A DNA stretch of 64,000 nucleotides from an uncultured Desulfobacteraceae bacterium (GCA_964442705.1 CAYUAQ010000002.1:5959-69958); one strand, 5' to 3'. Positions 51,676 through 62,100 are shown, counted from the stretch's first letter. The notes: a model not told the origin generated them from the sequence alone. A program made the numbers and translations.

Positions 51676-52434
51676 TCATCCACTGGCGGCGGCATTGCGG
51701 AGAGACAGCTTCAGAAAAACATCTTCCAGCGCTTTCATCTGGGAGCCGATTTTTTCGATATGCATCCGCATGATGTCCGCCGCACGATCGGGATCGTGGT
51801 CGGCAACCGCTCGAAAAATGTTCCGGTGCTCGTCAGGATCATGCAGCACTTCGTGCTCCCTTTTAACGGTCAGGATGAATTCAACGGTAACATCCATGAT
51901 GACGTCTTCGATGATGGCAAAGAAAAGGTTATAAGAAGCCTGCCCCAAAAGCCGATGGAAAAGGGCATTGTTTTTCACGGTCGCCGCAAATTGTGTCGCC
52001 GGATCCATTTCTTCTGAAAATTTCAGGCACTGCGCAATCTTCTCCAGATCGTCCGGCTGGGCACGCAACGCTGCGGATCGGGCGATGGCGGGATCGACCA
52101 GCATCCTGACTTCCGTCAACTGTTCTACAGACACCTGTCTGAGGATAAGCAAGTCTTTCAGGTTGTCTTTAAGAACGCGAGAGTTGATGCCGGAAACGAA
52201 CGCTCCGCCGGTGGCCCCCTGGCGGATGGTCAGCAGACCCGTAATTTCCAGATAACGGATGGCTTCTCGTACCACCGGCCGGCTGACGCCGAAAATACGG
52301 GTCAGTTCGTTCTCCGAAGGCAGTCGTTCGCCGATGGGGTATACTCCCGAAAAAATCGCCCGTTTGAGGGACTGGGCCACTTCCTCGAACAATCTTTTTC
52401 TTTGCAGTCGCTTAAACGGCTCTACTTTTGCCAT
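51676..52434 (-). CDS. GntR/FadR-family transcriptional regulator
   Basis: Start at MAKVEPFKRLQ (52434). wHTH LPSENELTRIFGVSRPVVREAIRYLEITGLL plus an FCD-type helical domain. Confidence 0.88.
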   Translation of the reverse strand: MAKVEPFKRLQRKRLFEEVAQSLKRAIFSGVYPIGERLPSENELTRIFGVSRPVVREAIRYLEITGLLTIRQGATGGAFVSGINSRVLKDNLKDLLILRQVSVEQLTEVRMLVDPAIARSAALRAQPDDLEKIAQCLKFSEEMDPATQFAATVKNNALFHRLLGQASYNLFFAIIEDVIMDVTVEFILTVKREHEVLHDPDEHRNIFRAVADHDPDRAADIMRMHIEKIGSQMKALEDVFLKLSLRNAAASG

Positions 52435-52460
52435 GGGTTTCCGATTTTCGTTTTTTTTTC

Positions 52461-52498
52461 TTGACAAGTTTAAAAATGTAATGTTTATTGTTTTACAT
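52461..52498. promoter_or_regulatory. divergent promoter/operator region (TTGACA box and ATGTAA-N11-TTACAT inverted repeat)
   Basis: TTGACA at 52461-52466. Inverted repeat at 52476-52481 / 52493-52498, between the GntR gene and tctC. Confidence 0.3.
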
Positions 52499-52625
52499 AT
52501 AACCAATGGCCCGCTTCCTGTCAACCGCAAATCTGGGAAATCCGTTTCTACTTTTTTTTGGCTTTTGGTCTACGCTGCCCTTTCCCCGGCAGGAGGTGAC
52601 CAGGCCCTCTCCTAGGAGGTGTCAA

Positions 52626-53582
52626 ATGAAACGCGTGGTATTTCTCGTAATGTCGGTCTTTTTGGTTCTCGGCCCTGTCTTCTCGGCACCCGTGTTGGCG
52701 AAATGGCCTCAGAAGCCCATCCTCGTCACAATTCCCTGGCGGCCGACCAACGATTCCTCCACCATCGTCGCCAATGTTCTGGCGCCGGTGATGTCCAAGG
52801 ACTTGGGCGTGCCGGTAAAAATCGTCAACAAAGCCGGCGGCCGGGGAACCATTGGAACCAATTTCGTGGCCCGCAGCAAACCCGACGGCTATACCATCGC
52901 GCTGTCCTCCATCGGCCCCATGATGACACAGCCCATACGAGGAGTAACCCCCTATAAAATTGAAGACTTCGATGTCATCGGACTGGTCTGGGCAGCTCCT
53001 TTCACGCTGGCCGCCCGCGGGGATGCGCCTTACGGCAATCTAAGGGAACTGGCTGCTTATGGGAAAACACACCCGCTGAAATTGGGCCATTATGGTCTAG
53101 GGGCAGTCCCCACACTGATCGCCATGGGCGTCGCCACCCACGGGGGCTTCAAATGGAAAGAGACCGCATTCGACGATGTCAACGCCCTGCTGCTCACATC
53201 GGGCGACATGGACGTCATCACCGCGACCATGCCGGCGCTGGTGGATTACTACAAAACCAAGGAAGTAAAAATCCTGGCCGTGATGAACCCCACCCATTAC
53301 GCGTTGTGTCCAGAGGTCAAGACCGTGTCCGAGCAGGGATTCGGGGAGGACTACTTCGTGTGGTTCGGGCTTTTTACGCCCAAGGGCGTACCGGCCGATG
53401 TACGCCAGAAAATTGAGGCCAGCTGGTTCAAGGCCATGGATAATCCGAAAGTCAAGAAAGTCATCGCCAATACCGGCGTGATTCCCCTGAAAATCGACTC
53501 CCGGAAAGCCGCCGCCCAGATTGCCAAAGAAAGGACCCACTTTTCCAAACTCATGAAAGACCTGGGTATCATCAAGAAATAA
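52626..53582 (+). CDS. tctC: tripartite tricarboxylate transporter substrate-binding protein (TctC/Bug family)
   Basis: Start at MKRVVFLVMSVF (52626, TAGGAGG RBS). Signal peptide. WPQKPILVTIPW..., KIVNKAGGRGTIGTNFVARSKPDGYTI. Confidence 0.88.
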   Translation: MKRVVFLVMSVFLVLGPVFSAPVLAKWPQKPILVTIPWRPTNDSSTIVANVLAPVMSKDLGVPVKIVNKAGGRGTIGTNFVARSKPDGYTIALSSIGPMMTQPIRGVTPYKIEDFDVIGLVWAAPFTLAARGDAPYGNLRELAAYGKTHPLKLGHYGLGAVPTLIAMGVATHGGFKWKETAFDDVNALLLTSGDMDVITATMPALVDYYKTKEVKILAVMNPTHYALCPEVKTVSEQGFGEDYFVWFGLFTPKGVPADVRQKIEASWFKAMDNPKVKKVIANTGVIPLKIDSRKAAAQIAKERTHFSKLMKDLGIIKK

Positions 53583-53685
53583 GGATGCCGCTTTCTTCTG
53601 CGGTCGTACTCGGGTTGACCGGATGCAGCACATTCGGTTGCCGGTATTGACCTGGTGACCGAACGTCTGCATCGCAGGAATCGTT

Positions 53686-54204
53686 ATGGACAAGCATCGA
53701 CCAAAGACCGTGGGGGCCGATCCGGACAGTAACCTCCACGATCTGCTGTCCGTATTGCTCGGTTTTTTCGGCTTCATCCTCCTGGTGACGCTGGATTGGC
53801 ACATCCAGCCGCCGGCCGTCGACTATCCCTTCTACAAAGGGCCCAAAATATTCCCTTTGCTGGTATTGAGCATGATGACCGTCTCGGCGCTGCCGTCATT
53901 GTATTGCCTGCTGCGGTCCTTCCGGCAGCGCCGTTGGCGACTGGATGGCTACGGCCTGCCCGCCAAACCGGTTGTCGTAACCGTTTTGCTGGTGCTGTTC
54001 TTCCTGTTCGGTATCGCCTGGGTGGGAATTGAACTGTCCGCTTTTGCCTTCATGTCGCTGTCCTTTCTAGTGGTGGGATATCGTCGGCTCACCGTTACGG
54101 CTCTCTATCCCCTGCTCTACACCGCCTTTATCGTTCTTCTCTTTAAGCATATCCTCAAGGTGTGGTTCCCCGCCCCCTTGTTATTATCGCTGTTCGGATC
54201 CTGA
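53686..54204 (+). CDS. tctB: tripartite tricarboxylate transporter small membrane protein (TctB family)
   Basis: 172 aa, 4 TM, located between tctC and tctA. Confidence 0.7.
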   Translation: MDKHRPKTVGADPDSNLHDLLSVLLGFFGFILLVTLDWHIQPPAVDYPFYKGPKIFPLLVLSMMTVSALPSLYCLLRSFRQRRWRLDGYGLPAKPVVVTVLLVLFFLFGIAWVGIELSAFAFMSLSFLVVGYRRLTVTALYPLLYTAFIVLLFKHILKVWFPAPLLLSLFGS

Positions 54205-54207
54205 ATC

Positions 54208-55701
54208 ATGTTGGACCTCTTATCCCAGGCCGTGGCCGCTACCATGACCTTGAGCAACCTGGCCGCCTTGAGTGCCGGCGGTATCATGGGGATTATCGTG
54301 GGCATCATCCCGGGCATCGGTCCCATGGTGGGCATGGTGGTCATTCTACCCTTTACCTATTCCCTGCCTCCTAATCTGGCACTGTCGGTGCTGCTGGGCA
54401 TCTTCTGCGGAGGGTACTTCGGTGGCGGCATACCGGCCATCCTGTTGCGCACGCCCGGGGTGCCCTCCTCCATGATCACCTGCCTGGACGGATATCCCCT
54501 GACCCAGCGGGGCGAAGCGCAACTGGCCCTGTCGGCCGCCATCGTGGGTTCGTTTGTCGGCGGTATCATCAGTGTGGTCATGCTGATGATCATGGCACCG
54601 GCCCTGTCCCGCATTGCCACCCACTTTACCTCTCCCGAATACTGTATGGTCGCGGTTTTCGGGCTGGCCGTCGTGCTGGCCATGAACCGCCGAGATATCG
54701 CCCGCGGGGCCCTGCTCACCGCCTTGGGACTGTGGTTCTCCACGGTGGGCATCGATCCGGCGACCCTGGTACCGCGTTTCACCTTCGGGTCGGTGGAAAT
54801 GCAAAGCGGCCTGGGCGTGGCCCCCATGTGCCTGGGCTTTTTCGGCATCGGCCAGTCGCTGCTGCTGCTGGAGCGCCAGATCCTGACCTCCGATACGTTG
54901 TCGCTTTCCCGCAGGGCGCTTGATTTCAGCAAGATATTCGCTGTCCTCAAATACCGCATGACCCTGATCAAATCCGGAATTATCGGTACCCTGGTGGGTC
55001 TGATACCGGGAACCGGTTCCATTACGGCCTCGTTTTTTTCCTATTACGAAGCCAAACGTTCCTCCAGCCATCCCGAGGCCTTCGGCCGGGGCACGCCCGA
55101 GGGATGCCTGGCCTCTGAAGCGGGCAACAACGCCGTCCCCGCCGGCGCCATGATCCCTTTGCTCACCCTGGGTATCCCCGGCGATCCCATCTCGGCCCTG
55201 CTGCTGGGCATCTTTACCGTCAATGGCATTTTCCCCGGACCGCTGTTGCTGGCCAAAGAACCGGTGCTGATCTACAACATCTACTTCAGCCTGATTCTCA
55301 TCAACATCGTGGCCTTTGTGACGCTGGCCCTTTTTCTCCGGCCCTTTGCCACCATCATTCGACTGCCGTCTTCGATCATCGCCATCAGCGTGATGGTTAT
55401 CTCGCTGCTGGGGATTTACTCCATGAACCTGAACGTCTTTGAAATGGGGGTGGCCATCGCCATGGGTGTTGTGGGATATACTTTCTTGCGCATGGAATGG
55501 CCCATCGTGCCCTGGGTGTTGGGATTCGTCCTGGGCCCCATCATCGAACAGCGTCTGCGCGAATCACTGAGCATCTCCGGCGGCAACCCCATGATTTTCC
55601 TGACGCGTCCCATTTCCCTTTCATTGGTCCTGGCCTGTATCCTGGTCTTGGTCATTGCCTTTTCGAACAAACGGAAGGAAATCGCCGACAAGGAGAAATA
55701 A
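54208..55701 (+). CDS. tctA: tripartite tricarboxylate transporter large permease (TctA family)
   Basis: 497 aa polytopic. GIIVGIIPGIGPMVGMVVILP and LVGLIPGTGSITASFFSY motifs. Confidence 0.88.
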   Translation: MLDLLSQAVAATMTLSNLAALSAGGIMGIIVGIIPGIGPMVGMVVILPFTYSLPPNLALSVLLGIFCGGYFGGGIPAILLRTPGVPSSMITCLDGYPLTQRGEAQLALSAAIVGSFVGGIISVVMLMIMAPALSRIATHFTSPEYCMVAVFGLAVVLAMNRRDIARGALLTALGLWFSTVGIDPATLVPRFTFGSVEMQSGLGVAPMCLGFFGIGQSLLLLERQILTSDTLSLSRRALDFSKIFAVLKYRMTLIKSGIIGTLVGLIPGTGSITASFFSYYEAKRSSSHPEAFGRGTPEGCLASEAGNNAVPAGAMIPLLTLGIPGDPISALLLGIFTVNGIFPGPLLLAKEPVLIYNIYFSLILINIVAFVTLALFLRPFATIIRLPSSIIAISVMVISLLGIYSMNLNVFEMGVAIAMGVVGYTFLRMEWPIVPWVLGFVLGPIIEQRLRESLSISGGNPMIFLTRPISLSLVLACILVLVIAFSNKRKEIADKEK

Positions 55702-55883
55702 CACCCATCAAATATTTAGGAAGGCCAACGAGGCACCAGCCGGTCCACTTCGAGGGGAGTTCGAAAGAATTCCAAGGTGTTGCGGAACTGCCTCCATGAG
55801 GCGCTTCCGAAAGCGCGTATTGCGGATCGAAGAAGGCACATTTTGCATACCCACCCCGAGAATCTTGGAAAGGAATACTACTC

Positions 55884-57233
55884 ATGACGGCGATCCATCT
55901 TGTATCTGAAATACCGGGCCCCAACAGCCGAACGCTGATCACGCGACGGGAGAAGGCAACGGTCAGCGGCATGGCCCTGCTGACGCCGGTGGTCATCGAT
56001 CAGGCCGAAGGCGCCGTCGTCACCGATGTCGACGGCAACACGCTGCTGGATTTCGCCGGCGGGATCGGCGCATTGGCCACCGGCCATTGCCCGGAGAGAG
56101 TCGTCGCGGCCATTCGGAACCAGACCGGCAAATTGATTCACACCTGTGCCTTGGTGGCCTCCTATGAACCGTTCATCGAGGTCGTGGAACTGCTCAACCG
56201 GCTGGCGACGGGCAAAGGGCCGAAACGCAGCGCCCTGCTCAACAGCGGCGCCGAAGCCGTGGAGGCGGCGGTCAAGATCGCCCGCTGCCATACCGGTCGG
56301 CCAGCCATTGTGGTTTTCGAAGGCGCCTACCACGGACGCACCAACCTGACCCTTGCCATGACCAGCAAATACGCCCGTTTCAAGAAAGGATTCGGTCCTT
56401 TCGCACCGGAAATCTACCGTCTGCCTTTTCCGAACCTCTACCGACGGCCTCCGGAGATGAGCGAGGAGGGCTACCTGGATTTCTGCCTCCAGCAGCTCGA
56501 TCACGCCATGGTGGCCCAGGTGGACCCTTCGGACGTGGCCGCCATGGTCATCGAACCCGTCCAGGGTGAGGGCGGCTACATCCCCACGCCGCCTACCTTC
56601 TTGCGCCACATCCGCAAGCTCTGCGATACCCATGGCATGCTGATGATCGCCGACGAGATCCAGTGCGGTTTCGGGCGTACCGGCAAGCTGTTCGCCATGG
56701 AGCACTATGGCATCGTGCCGGATTTGATCGTCACCGGCAAATCCATCGCCGCGGGCATGCCGCTGGCCGCCGTCACGGGCCCGGAGGAAATCATGACCTC
56801 CCCGAACCCCGGCGGTATCGGCGGCACATACAGCGGCAACCCCCTGGCCTGTGTTGCGGCCGTCGAAAACATCAGGATGATATCCGACCCCGCTTTTCTG
56901 CAACACGCCCGCAGTGTCGGCGAACATATTCGTAAGCGGCTGCTGCGTCTGCAACAGGAGATGCCCCTGATCGGTGATGTGCGCGGCCTGGGCGCCATGC
57001 TGGCCATGGAGCTGGTAAAGGATCCGGTCCGCAAAACCCCGGCTGTCGAGGAGGTCAATCGCTTCCGTCAGGAGGCCCTGCAACGCGGACTGATCACCCT
57101 GCCGGCCGGGCTGTATTTCAACTGTGTACGTTTTCTCCCGCCGCTGACCATCACCCAGGCGCAACTGGATGAAGGCTTGGACGTGGTCGAAGCGGCGCTC
57201 AAAGCGGTCACCCGGACAACGACCGGCGGCTGA
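55884..57233 (+). CDS. class III PLP aminotransferase (GabT / omega-aminotransferase-like)
   Basis: 449 aa. LLDFAGGIGALATGHCP, NSGAEAVEAAVKIAR, EPVQGEGGY, ADEIQCGFGRTGKLFA, PLP-Lys region VTGKSIAAG. Confidence 0.88.
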   Translation: MTAIHLVSEIPGPNSRTLITRREKATVSGMALLTPVVIDQAEGAVVTDVDGNTLLDFAGGIGALATGHCPERVVAAIRNQTGKLIHTCALVASYEPFIEVVELLNRLATGKGPKRSALLNSGAEAVEAAVKIARCHTGRPAIVVFEGAYHGRTNLTLAMTSKYARFKKGFGPFAPEIYRLPFPNLYRRPPEMSEEGYLDFCLQQLDHAMVAQVDPSDVAAMVIEPVQGEGGYIPTPPTFLRHIRKLCDTHGMLMIADEIQCGFGRTGKLFAMEHYGIVPDLIVTGKSIAAGMPLAAVTGPEEIMTSPNPGGIGGTYSGNPLACVAAVENIRMISDPAFLQHARSVGEHIRKRLLRLQQEMPLIGDVRGLGAMLAMELVKDPVRKTPAVEEVNRFRQEALQRGLITLPAGLYFNCVRFLPPLTITQAQLDEGLDVVEAALKAVTRTTTGG

Positions 57234-57258
57234 GAAGCCGGTTTCACGCGGGCATGCA

Positions 57259-58632
57259 ATGGACAAAACATATGCGATGAATCTGGGACGTCTCATGCAA
57301 CGGGAACTGGATCGGTTCGACCAGAGGCATCCCAAGTCCAAGGGATTTTATGAAAAGGGGAAACGGGCCTATTTGTACGGCGCCCCCCTGCACTGGATGC
57401 AGAACTGGCCGGGTGGTTGTCCGCTGTATGTCAGTCGGGCGCGGGGGGCTCACCTGACGGACGTCGACGGCAACGATTACCTGGACCTGTGCCTGGGAGA
57501 CAGCGGGGCCATGTTCGGCCACGGCAACCCCCACGTCGCCCGGGCCATCTCCGAGCAGGCAGGGAAGGGCCTGACAATGATGCTGCCCACCCCGGACAGC
57601 GTCGTGGTCGGAGAAACGCTCAAGCAGCGATTCGGCTTATCCTACTGGCAGTTGGCCACCTCGGCCACGGATGCCAACCGGTTCGCCATTCGACTCTCGC
57701 GTATGATCACCGGCCGCGATAAAATCCTGGTCTTCAATGGAAACTACCATGGATCGGTGGACGAAACCCAGGTAGAACTGGACGACCAGGGCCGCATGGT
57801 ACCCCGATTCGGGGTTCATCCCAACGCCGTGGACCACTCGCGCACCACCCGCCTGGTGGAGTTCAACGACGTTGCGGCCCTGGCCGGGGCCCTCGTCCAC
57901 GGGGATGTCGCCTGTGTCCTAGCCGAGCCCGTGATGACCAACATCGGCATGGTGCCGGCCCGGCCCGGATACCACGAAGCGCTCCGCCGTTTGACCCGTG
58001 AAAGCGGCACCGTGCTGATCATCGACGAGACCCACACCATTTCCACCGGACCGGGCGGCTATACCCGGGCTTTCGGCCTCGAACCCGATATCTTTGTGCT
58101 GGGAAAAGCCATCGGCGGAGGAATGCCCTGCGCCGTCTACGGGGTTTCTGACGAGATAGCCGACCGCATCTGGCGGGTACGGCCCCATATCCGCCCGGGA
58201 AAGGACAGAAACATGCACAGCGGATTCGGCGGCACGCTGGCAGGCAATGCCCTGACCCTGGCCGCCATCCGCGCGGTCCTGGAGCATGTCATGACCGACG
58301 AAGCTTACAGTCGCATGATCGCGTCGGCCCACAGGCTGGAAGAAGGCGTCAGCCGGGTCATCCAGGCCTATGGCCTACCCTGGCATGTCACCCGCATCGG
58401 TGCCAGGGCCGAGTACATGTTCAGCCCATCTACGCCGCTAAACGGCGGCCAGGCCCGCAGCGGCCGCAACGGTCCGTTGGAGGCCTTCATGCATCTTTTT
58501 TTCTTAAACCGCGGGATCCTGCTGACACCTTTTCACAACATGGTGTTGGTGTGCCCCGAGGTTTCCGAAAGGGATATCGAACATCACAACCAGGTCTTCG
58601 AAGCCTGTGTCAAACGACTGCTTGCAGGGTAA
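57259..58632 (+). CDS. class III PLP aminotransferase / aminomutase-like (GSA-aminomutase-related)
   Basis: Start at MDKTYAMNLG (57259). YLDLCLGDSGAMFGH, IIDETHT, PLP-Lys region VLGKAIGGGMP. Confidence 0.8.
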   Translation: MDKTYAMNLGRLMQRELDRFDQRHPKSKGFYEKGKRAYLYGAPLHWMQNWPGGCPLYVSRARGAHLTDVDGNDYLDLCLGDSGAMFGHGNPHVARAISEQAGKGLTMMLPTPDSVVVGETLKQRFGLSYWQLATSATDANRFAIRLSRMITGRDKILVFNGNYHGSVDETQVELDDQGRMVPRFGVHPNAVDHSRTTRLVEFNDVAALAGALVHGDVACVLAEPVMTNIGMVPARPGYHEALRRLTRESGTVLIIDETHTISTGPGGYTRAFGLEPDIFVLGKAIGGGMPCAVYGVSDEIADRIWRVRPHIRPGKDRNMHSGFGGTLAGNALTLAAIRAVLEHVMTDEAYSRMIASAHRLEEGVSRVIQAYGLPWHVTRIGARAEYMFSPSTPLNGGQARSGRNGPLEAFMHLFFLNRGILLTPFHNMVLVCPEVSERDIEHHNQVFEACVKRLLAG

Positions 58633-58701
58633 ATCCCCTGCCGGGACCGCTGCGCAAGTGGTCGGCGCAGCCGAACATCATCTATTCGTCAGGGTGGAGA
58701 A

Positions 58702-59511
58702 ATGAACCGTGTGGACGACAAGATCATTCTGATTACCGGTGCCGGCCGCGGCATCGGCGCGGCCACGGCGGAAATCATGTCCCGGGCCGGCGGCACCGTC
58801 ATCGTTACAGACGTGCAAAGCGGCCCAGGCGAAGAAGTGGCCCGTCGCATCACCTCCTCTGGAGGTCGATCCGAATTTCGACAACTAGACGTAACGCGCG
58901 AACGGGACTGGCGGGAAACCGCCCGGTGGATCGGCGACGCCTTTGGCGGCCTGGACGTGCTGGTGAACAACGCCGGCGTCGCCTTCGTCAAGCCGCTGGA
59001 AGAGACCACGCTCGATGCGTTTCGGCGGGTGATGGACATCAATGTCAATGGCGTCTTTCTGGGAATCAAGTACTGCCTTCCCATCATGAAAGACCGGGCC
59101 CGGGCCAATGTGGCCGGGGGAGCGATTGTCAACGTCTCGTCGGTGGTGGGCATCCGGGGCATCGCGGACGGCATGGCTTACGGCACGTCTAAGGGGGCGG
59201 TGCGTCAGCTGACCAAATGCGCCGCCCTGGAATTCGCCCGCAATGGGTACAACATCCGGGTCAACTCGGTCCATCCGGCCATGACCGACACCCCCATGGT
59301 GGACGAGGAGGTGATGGCCTGGGCGCAAAGGGGGAGCCTCGGTACCCACTGCAGCAAAGAAGTCCGCAAGCTGATCGGCGAACGCCTGCCCATGGGCCGC
59401 ATGGCACGCCCCGAGGAAATCGCCAAGGCCATCTTGTACCTGGCATCCAATGACAGTTCCTTCTGCACGGGGATCGAGCTGCCCGTCGACGGTGGCAGGC
59501 TGGCCCAATGA
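58702..59511 (+). CDS. short-chain dehydrogenase/reductase (SDR)
   Basis: 269 aa. TGAGRGIG cofactor motif, NNAG, catalytic YGTSKGA. Confidence 0.88.
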   Translation: MNRVDDKIILITGAGRGIGAATAEIMSRAGGTVIVTDVQSGPGEEVARRITSSGGRSEFRQLDVTRERDWRETARWIGDAFGGLDVLVNNAGVAFVKPLEETTLDAFRRVMDINVNGVFLGIKYCLPIMKDRARANVAGGAIVNVSSVVGIRGIADGMAYGTSKGAVRQLTKCAALEFARNGYNIRVNSVHPAMTDTPMVDEEVMAWAQRGSLGTHCSKEVRKLIGERLPMGRMARPEEIAKAILYLASNDSSFCTGIELPVDGGRLAQ

Positions 59512-59539
59512 GCTTCAGTGCCCGGGAGAATCGACACCC

Positions 59540-60331
59540 ATGAAACCAGGCTTATCAGGCAAAGTGGTAATTGTGACCGGCTCCGGCCGGGGGATCGGCC
59601 GCAGCATCGCCCGGGTGTTTGCCGCCGAGGGCGCCCGTGTGGTGGTGGCCACCCGGTCGGCATCTTCAGGACAGAAAACAGCGGATGGCATCACCCAAAG
59701 GGGCCACGAGGCGTGGTTTTACCCCATCGATGTCAGCGACCCCGGCGCCGTGCAGGCCATGGTGGCGCGGACGGCTGCCCGTTACGGTCGCCTGGACATC
59801 GTGATTCACAATGCCGCCGTCTTCGACCGCTGCCCCGTTGAGAAGATGTCGCGGGCGCGCCTGGAGGCCATGATGTCGGTAAATCTCTACCCCTGCTACT
59901 ATCTCTGCGCCGCCGCCGTCCGCCACATGCGCCGGCAGGGCGGCGGACGGATACTGGTCACCTCGTCGGTTACCGGCCCACGCGTTGCCATGCCGGGCAT
60001 CTCTCATTATGCCGCCTCCAAAGGCGCCATCAACGCCTTCATCCGCAGCGCGGCCCTGGAATTCGCCCGGGACGGAATCACCGTCAACGGCGTGGAACCC
60101 GGCTATGTGGCCACCGAGGCCATGGACCAGCTGGATCGTAAACACGGTGCGGACCGGATCAGCCAATACATCCCGCTGGGACGTCTGGCAAAACCCGAAG
60201 AAATCGCCTACGCCATGCTGTTTCTCGCCTCCGACCGGGCACACTACATCACGGGGCAAACCATCGTGGTCGACGGCGGCGCCATCCTGCCCGAAAACCC
60301 GGTATTCATGGAAGATCACGAATACCCGTGA
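59540..60331 (+). CDS. short-chain dehydrogenase/reductase (SDR), second copy
   Basis: Start at MKPGLSGKVVIVTGSGRGIG (59540). HNAA, catalytic YAASKGA. Confidence 0.88.
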   Translation: MKPGLSGKVVIVTGSGRGIGRSIARVFAAEGARVVVATRSASSGQKTADGITQRGHEAWFYPIDVSDPGAVQAMVARTAARYGRLDIVIHNAAVFDRCPVEKMSRARLEAMMSVNLYPCYYLCAAAVRHMRRQGGGRILVTSSVTGPRVAMPGISHYAASKGAINAFIRSAALEFARDGITVNGVEPGYVATEAMDQLDRKHGADRISQYIPLGRLAKPEEIAYAMLFLASDRAHYITGQTIVVDGGAILPENPVFMEDHEYP

Positions 60332-60378
60332 TCGGACCGATCCCGTCAAGCCAACTGAAAGGAAGGAAAACGCCTGCC

Positions 60379-62100
60379 ATGAAGATCATCCGTGTCAACA
60401 TGACCGAAAAAAGCATCTCCGACGAAACCATGCCCCCCGAATATGCGCCGTGGGGGGGGCGGGGCCTCACGACGTCCGTCACGGAGCAGGAGATCCCCCC
60501 GACCTGCAACCCACTGGGTGCCGAAAACAAGCTTGTCCTGGCGCCGGGACTTTTGAGCGGAACGCTGATGGTCAACAGTAGCCGGCTGTCCATCGGAGCC
60601 AAGAGTCCGCTGACCGGCGGCATCAAGGAGAGCAATGCCGGCGGCAGTGCCGCAGCCTACCTGGGGCGTTTGGGCGTCGGAGCCGTGATCATCGAAGGCG
60701 CCTCCCGGGGATGGCACCTGCTGCGGATCGATGACCGGGGAGCAGCGGTATTGGAACCCGCGGATGACCTCAAAAGCGTGCGTACCTATGAACTGGCCCA
60801 CCGCCTGCTGGCGCGCTACGGTGCCCGCAGTGCGGTGCTGTGCATCGGCCCGGCCGGAGAGCAGCGGCTGCCCATCGCCTCGATCCAGGCCAGCGACCTG
60901 GACGGAAATCCCTGCCGCGCAGCCGGGCGCGGCGGACTCGGTGCGGTCATGGGCGCCAAGGGCCTGAAAGCCATCGTCGTCGAGGCCGTGTCCAAAAGCC
61001 GCCGGCCGGTGGCAGACCCTGCCGCCCTAAAAAAGGCTGCCCACACCTTTGCCACGGCGGTTCGTGAGGCCCCGTTCAGCGGCCAGGTGCTGCCCCGCTT
61101 CGGTACCGCCGCCCTGGTCGCCGGCGTGATCAGCCTGGGGGGCTTTCCGTGTTTCAATGCCACCCGTGGTGAAATGCCGGGATGGGAAAAACTCAGTGGC
61201 GAGGCCCTGGTCGAGCGCCTGCGTCAGCGGGGCGGACAGGCGCGCCACAAGGGCTGTGCGCAATGCATTATCGACTGTTCCAATCGGTACGTGGATGAAA
61301 AGGGAAACTACCTGACCGGTTCTCTGGAATATGAAACCATCTGGTCCATGGGCGGCATGACGGGCATCGATGATCTGGATACCATCGCCCGATTGGACTT
61401 TCTGTGCGACGACATTGGACTGGACACCATGAGTACCGGCGTAGCCCTGGCGGTGGCCATGGATGCCGGCCACCGTTCTTTTGGTGACGGTCCGGCAGCG
61501 GTGGCCATGGTGGAGGAAATTGCCGCCGGCACCGATTTCGGACAACTGCTGGGCAGCGGACCGGCCGCCGTGGCAAAGCACTTCGGGCATCACCGCGTGC
61601 CCGTTGTGAAAAACCAGAGCATTGCCGGCTACGACCCCCGTGCCATGCAAGGGATGGCCGTGACGTACGCAACCTCTCCCATGGGAGCCGACCACACGGC
61701 CGGCAACCTGATCGGGGCTTACCTGTCCGGCGCCATGGATCCCCTCGAAAAAAACGGTCAGATAGAGGCGTCACGCAACGCCCAGGTTACCGTGGCCGCC
61801 CTGGATGCGACGGGATTGTGTCTCTTTACCATCGCCGCCGTCAACAGTCCGCAGGGAGCCAAAGCGCTTTGTGATTCCTTAGCCGCTCTGACTGAAAAGC
61901 CCTTCACCTGGGAAGATTTTCTGTCCATGGGCCGGGAGATCATCCTGAGGGAACGCGAATTCAACCGTCTGGCTGGATTGATCGCCGACGATGACCGCCT
62001 GCCGCGCTTTTTCTATGACGAGCCTCTTCCTCCCAAGAGGACCGTGGTGCTCATTGATGATGACGAACTCCGAGGAGTGCTCGATCTGGCCGACGAATAG
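60379..62100 (+). CDS. aor: tungsten-type aldehyde:ferredoxin oxidoreductase (AOR family)
   Basis: Start at MKIIRVNMTEK (60379). GGRGLTTS..., DPLGAENKLVLAPGLLSGT, SPLTGG, GLDTMSTG are typical AOR N-terminal and catalytic-domain motifs. 573 aa. Confidence 0.88.
   Translation: MKIIRVNMTEKSISDETMPPEYAPWGGRGLTTSVTEQEIPPTCNPLGAENKLVLAPGLLSGTLMVNSSRLSIGAKSPLTGGIKESNAGGSAAAYLGRLGVGAVIIEGASRGWHLLRIDDRGAAVLEPADDLKSVRTYELAHRLLARYGARSAVLCIGPAGEQRLPIASIQASDLDGNPCRAAGRGGLGAVMGAKGLKAIVVEAVSKSRRPVADPAALKKAAHTFATAVREAPFSGQVLPRFGTAALVAGVISLGGFPCFNATRGEMPGWEKLSGEALVERLRQRGGQARHKGCAQCIIDCSNRYVDEKGNYLTGSLEYETIWSMGGMTGIDDLDTIARLDFLCDDIGLDTMSTGVALAVAMDAGHRSFGDGPAAVAMVEEIAAGTDFGQLLGSGPAAVAKHFGHHRVPVVKNQSIAGYDPRAMQGMAVTYATSPMGADHTAGNLIGAYLSGAMDPLEKNGQIEASRNAQVTVAALDATGLCLFTIAAVNSPQGAKALCDSLAALTEKPFTWEDFLSMGREIILREREFNRLAGLIADDDRLPRFFYDEPLPPKRTVVLIDDDELRGVLDLADE

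Noticed and set aside
55834-55848. Sigma-54-like sequence AGGCACATTTTGCAT upstream of the GabT-like gene
   Set aside because: The GG-to-GC spacing is N8 instead of the required N10, and the T of TGGCAC is missing. No enhancer-binding protein belongs to this cluster.
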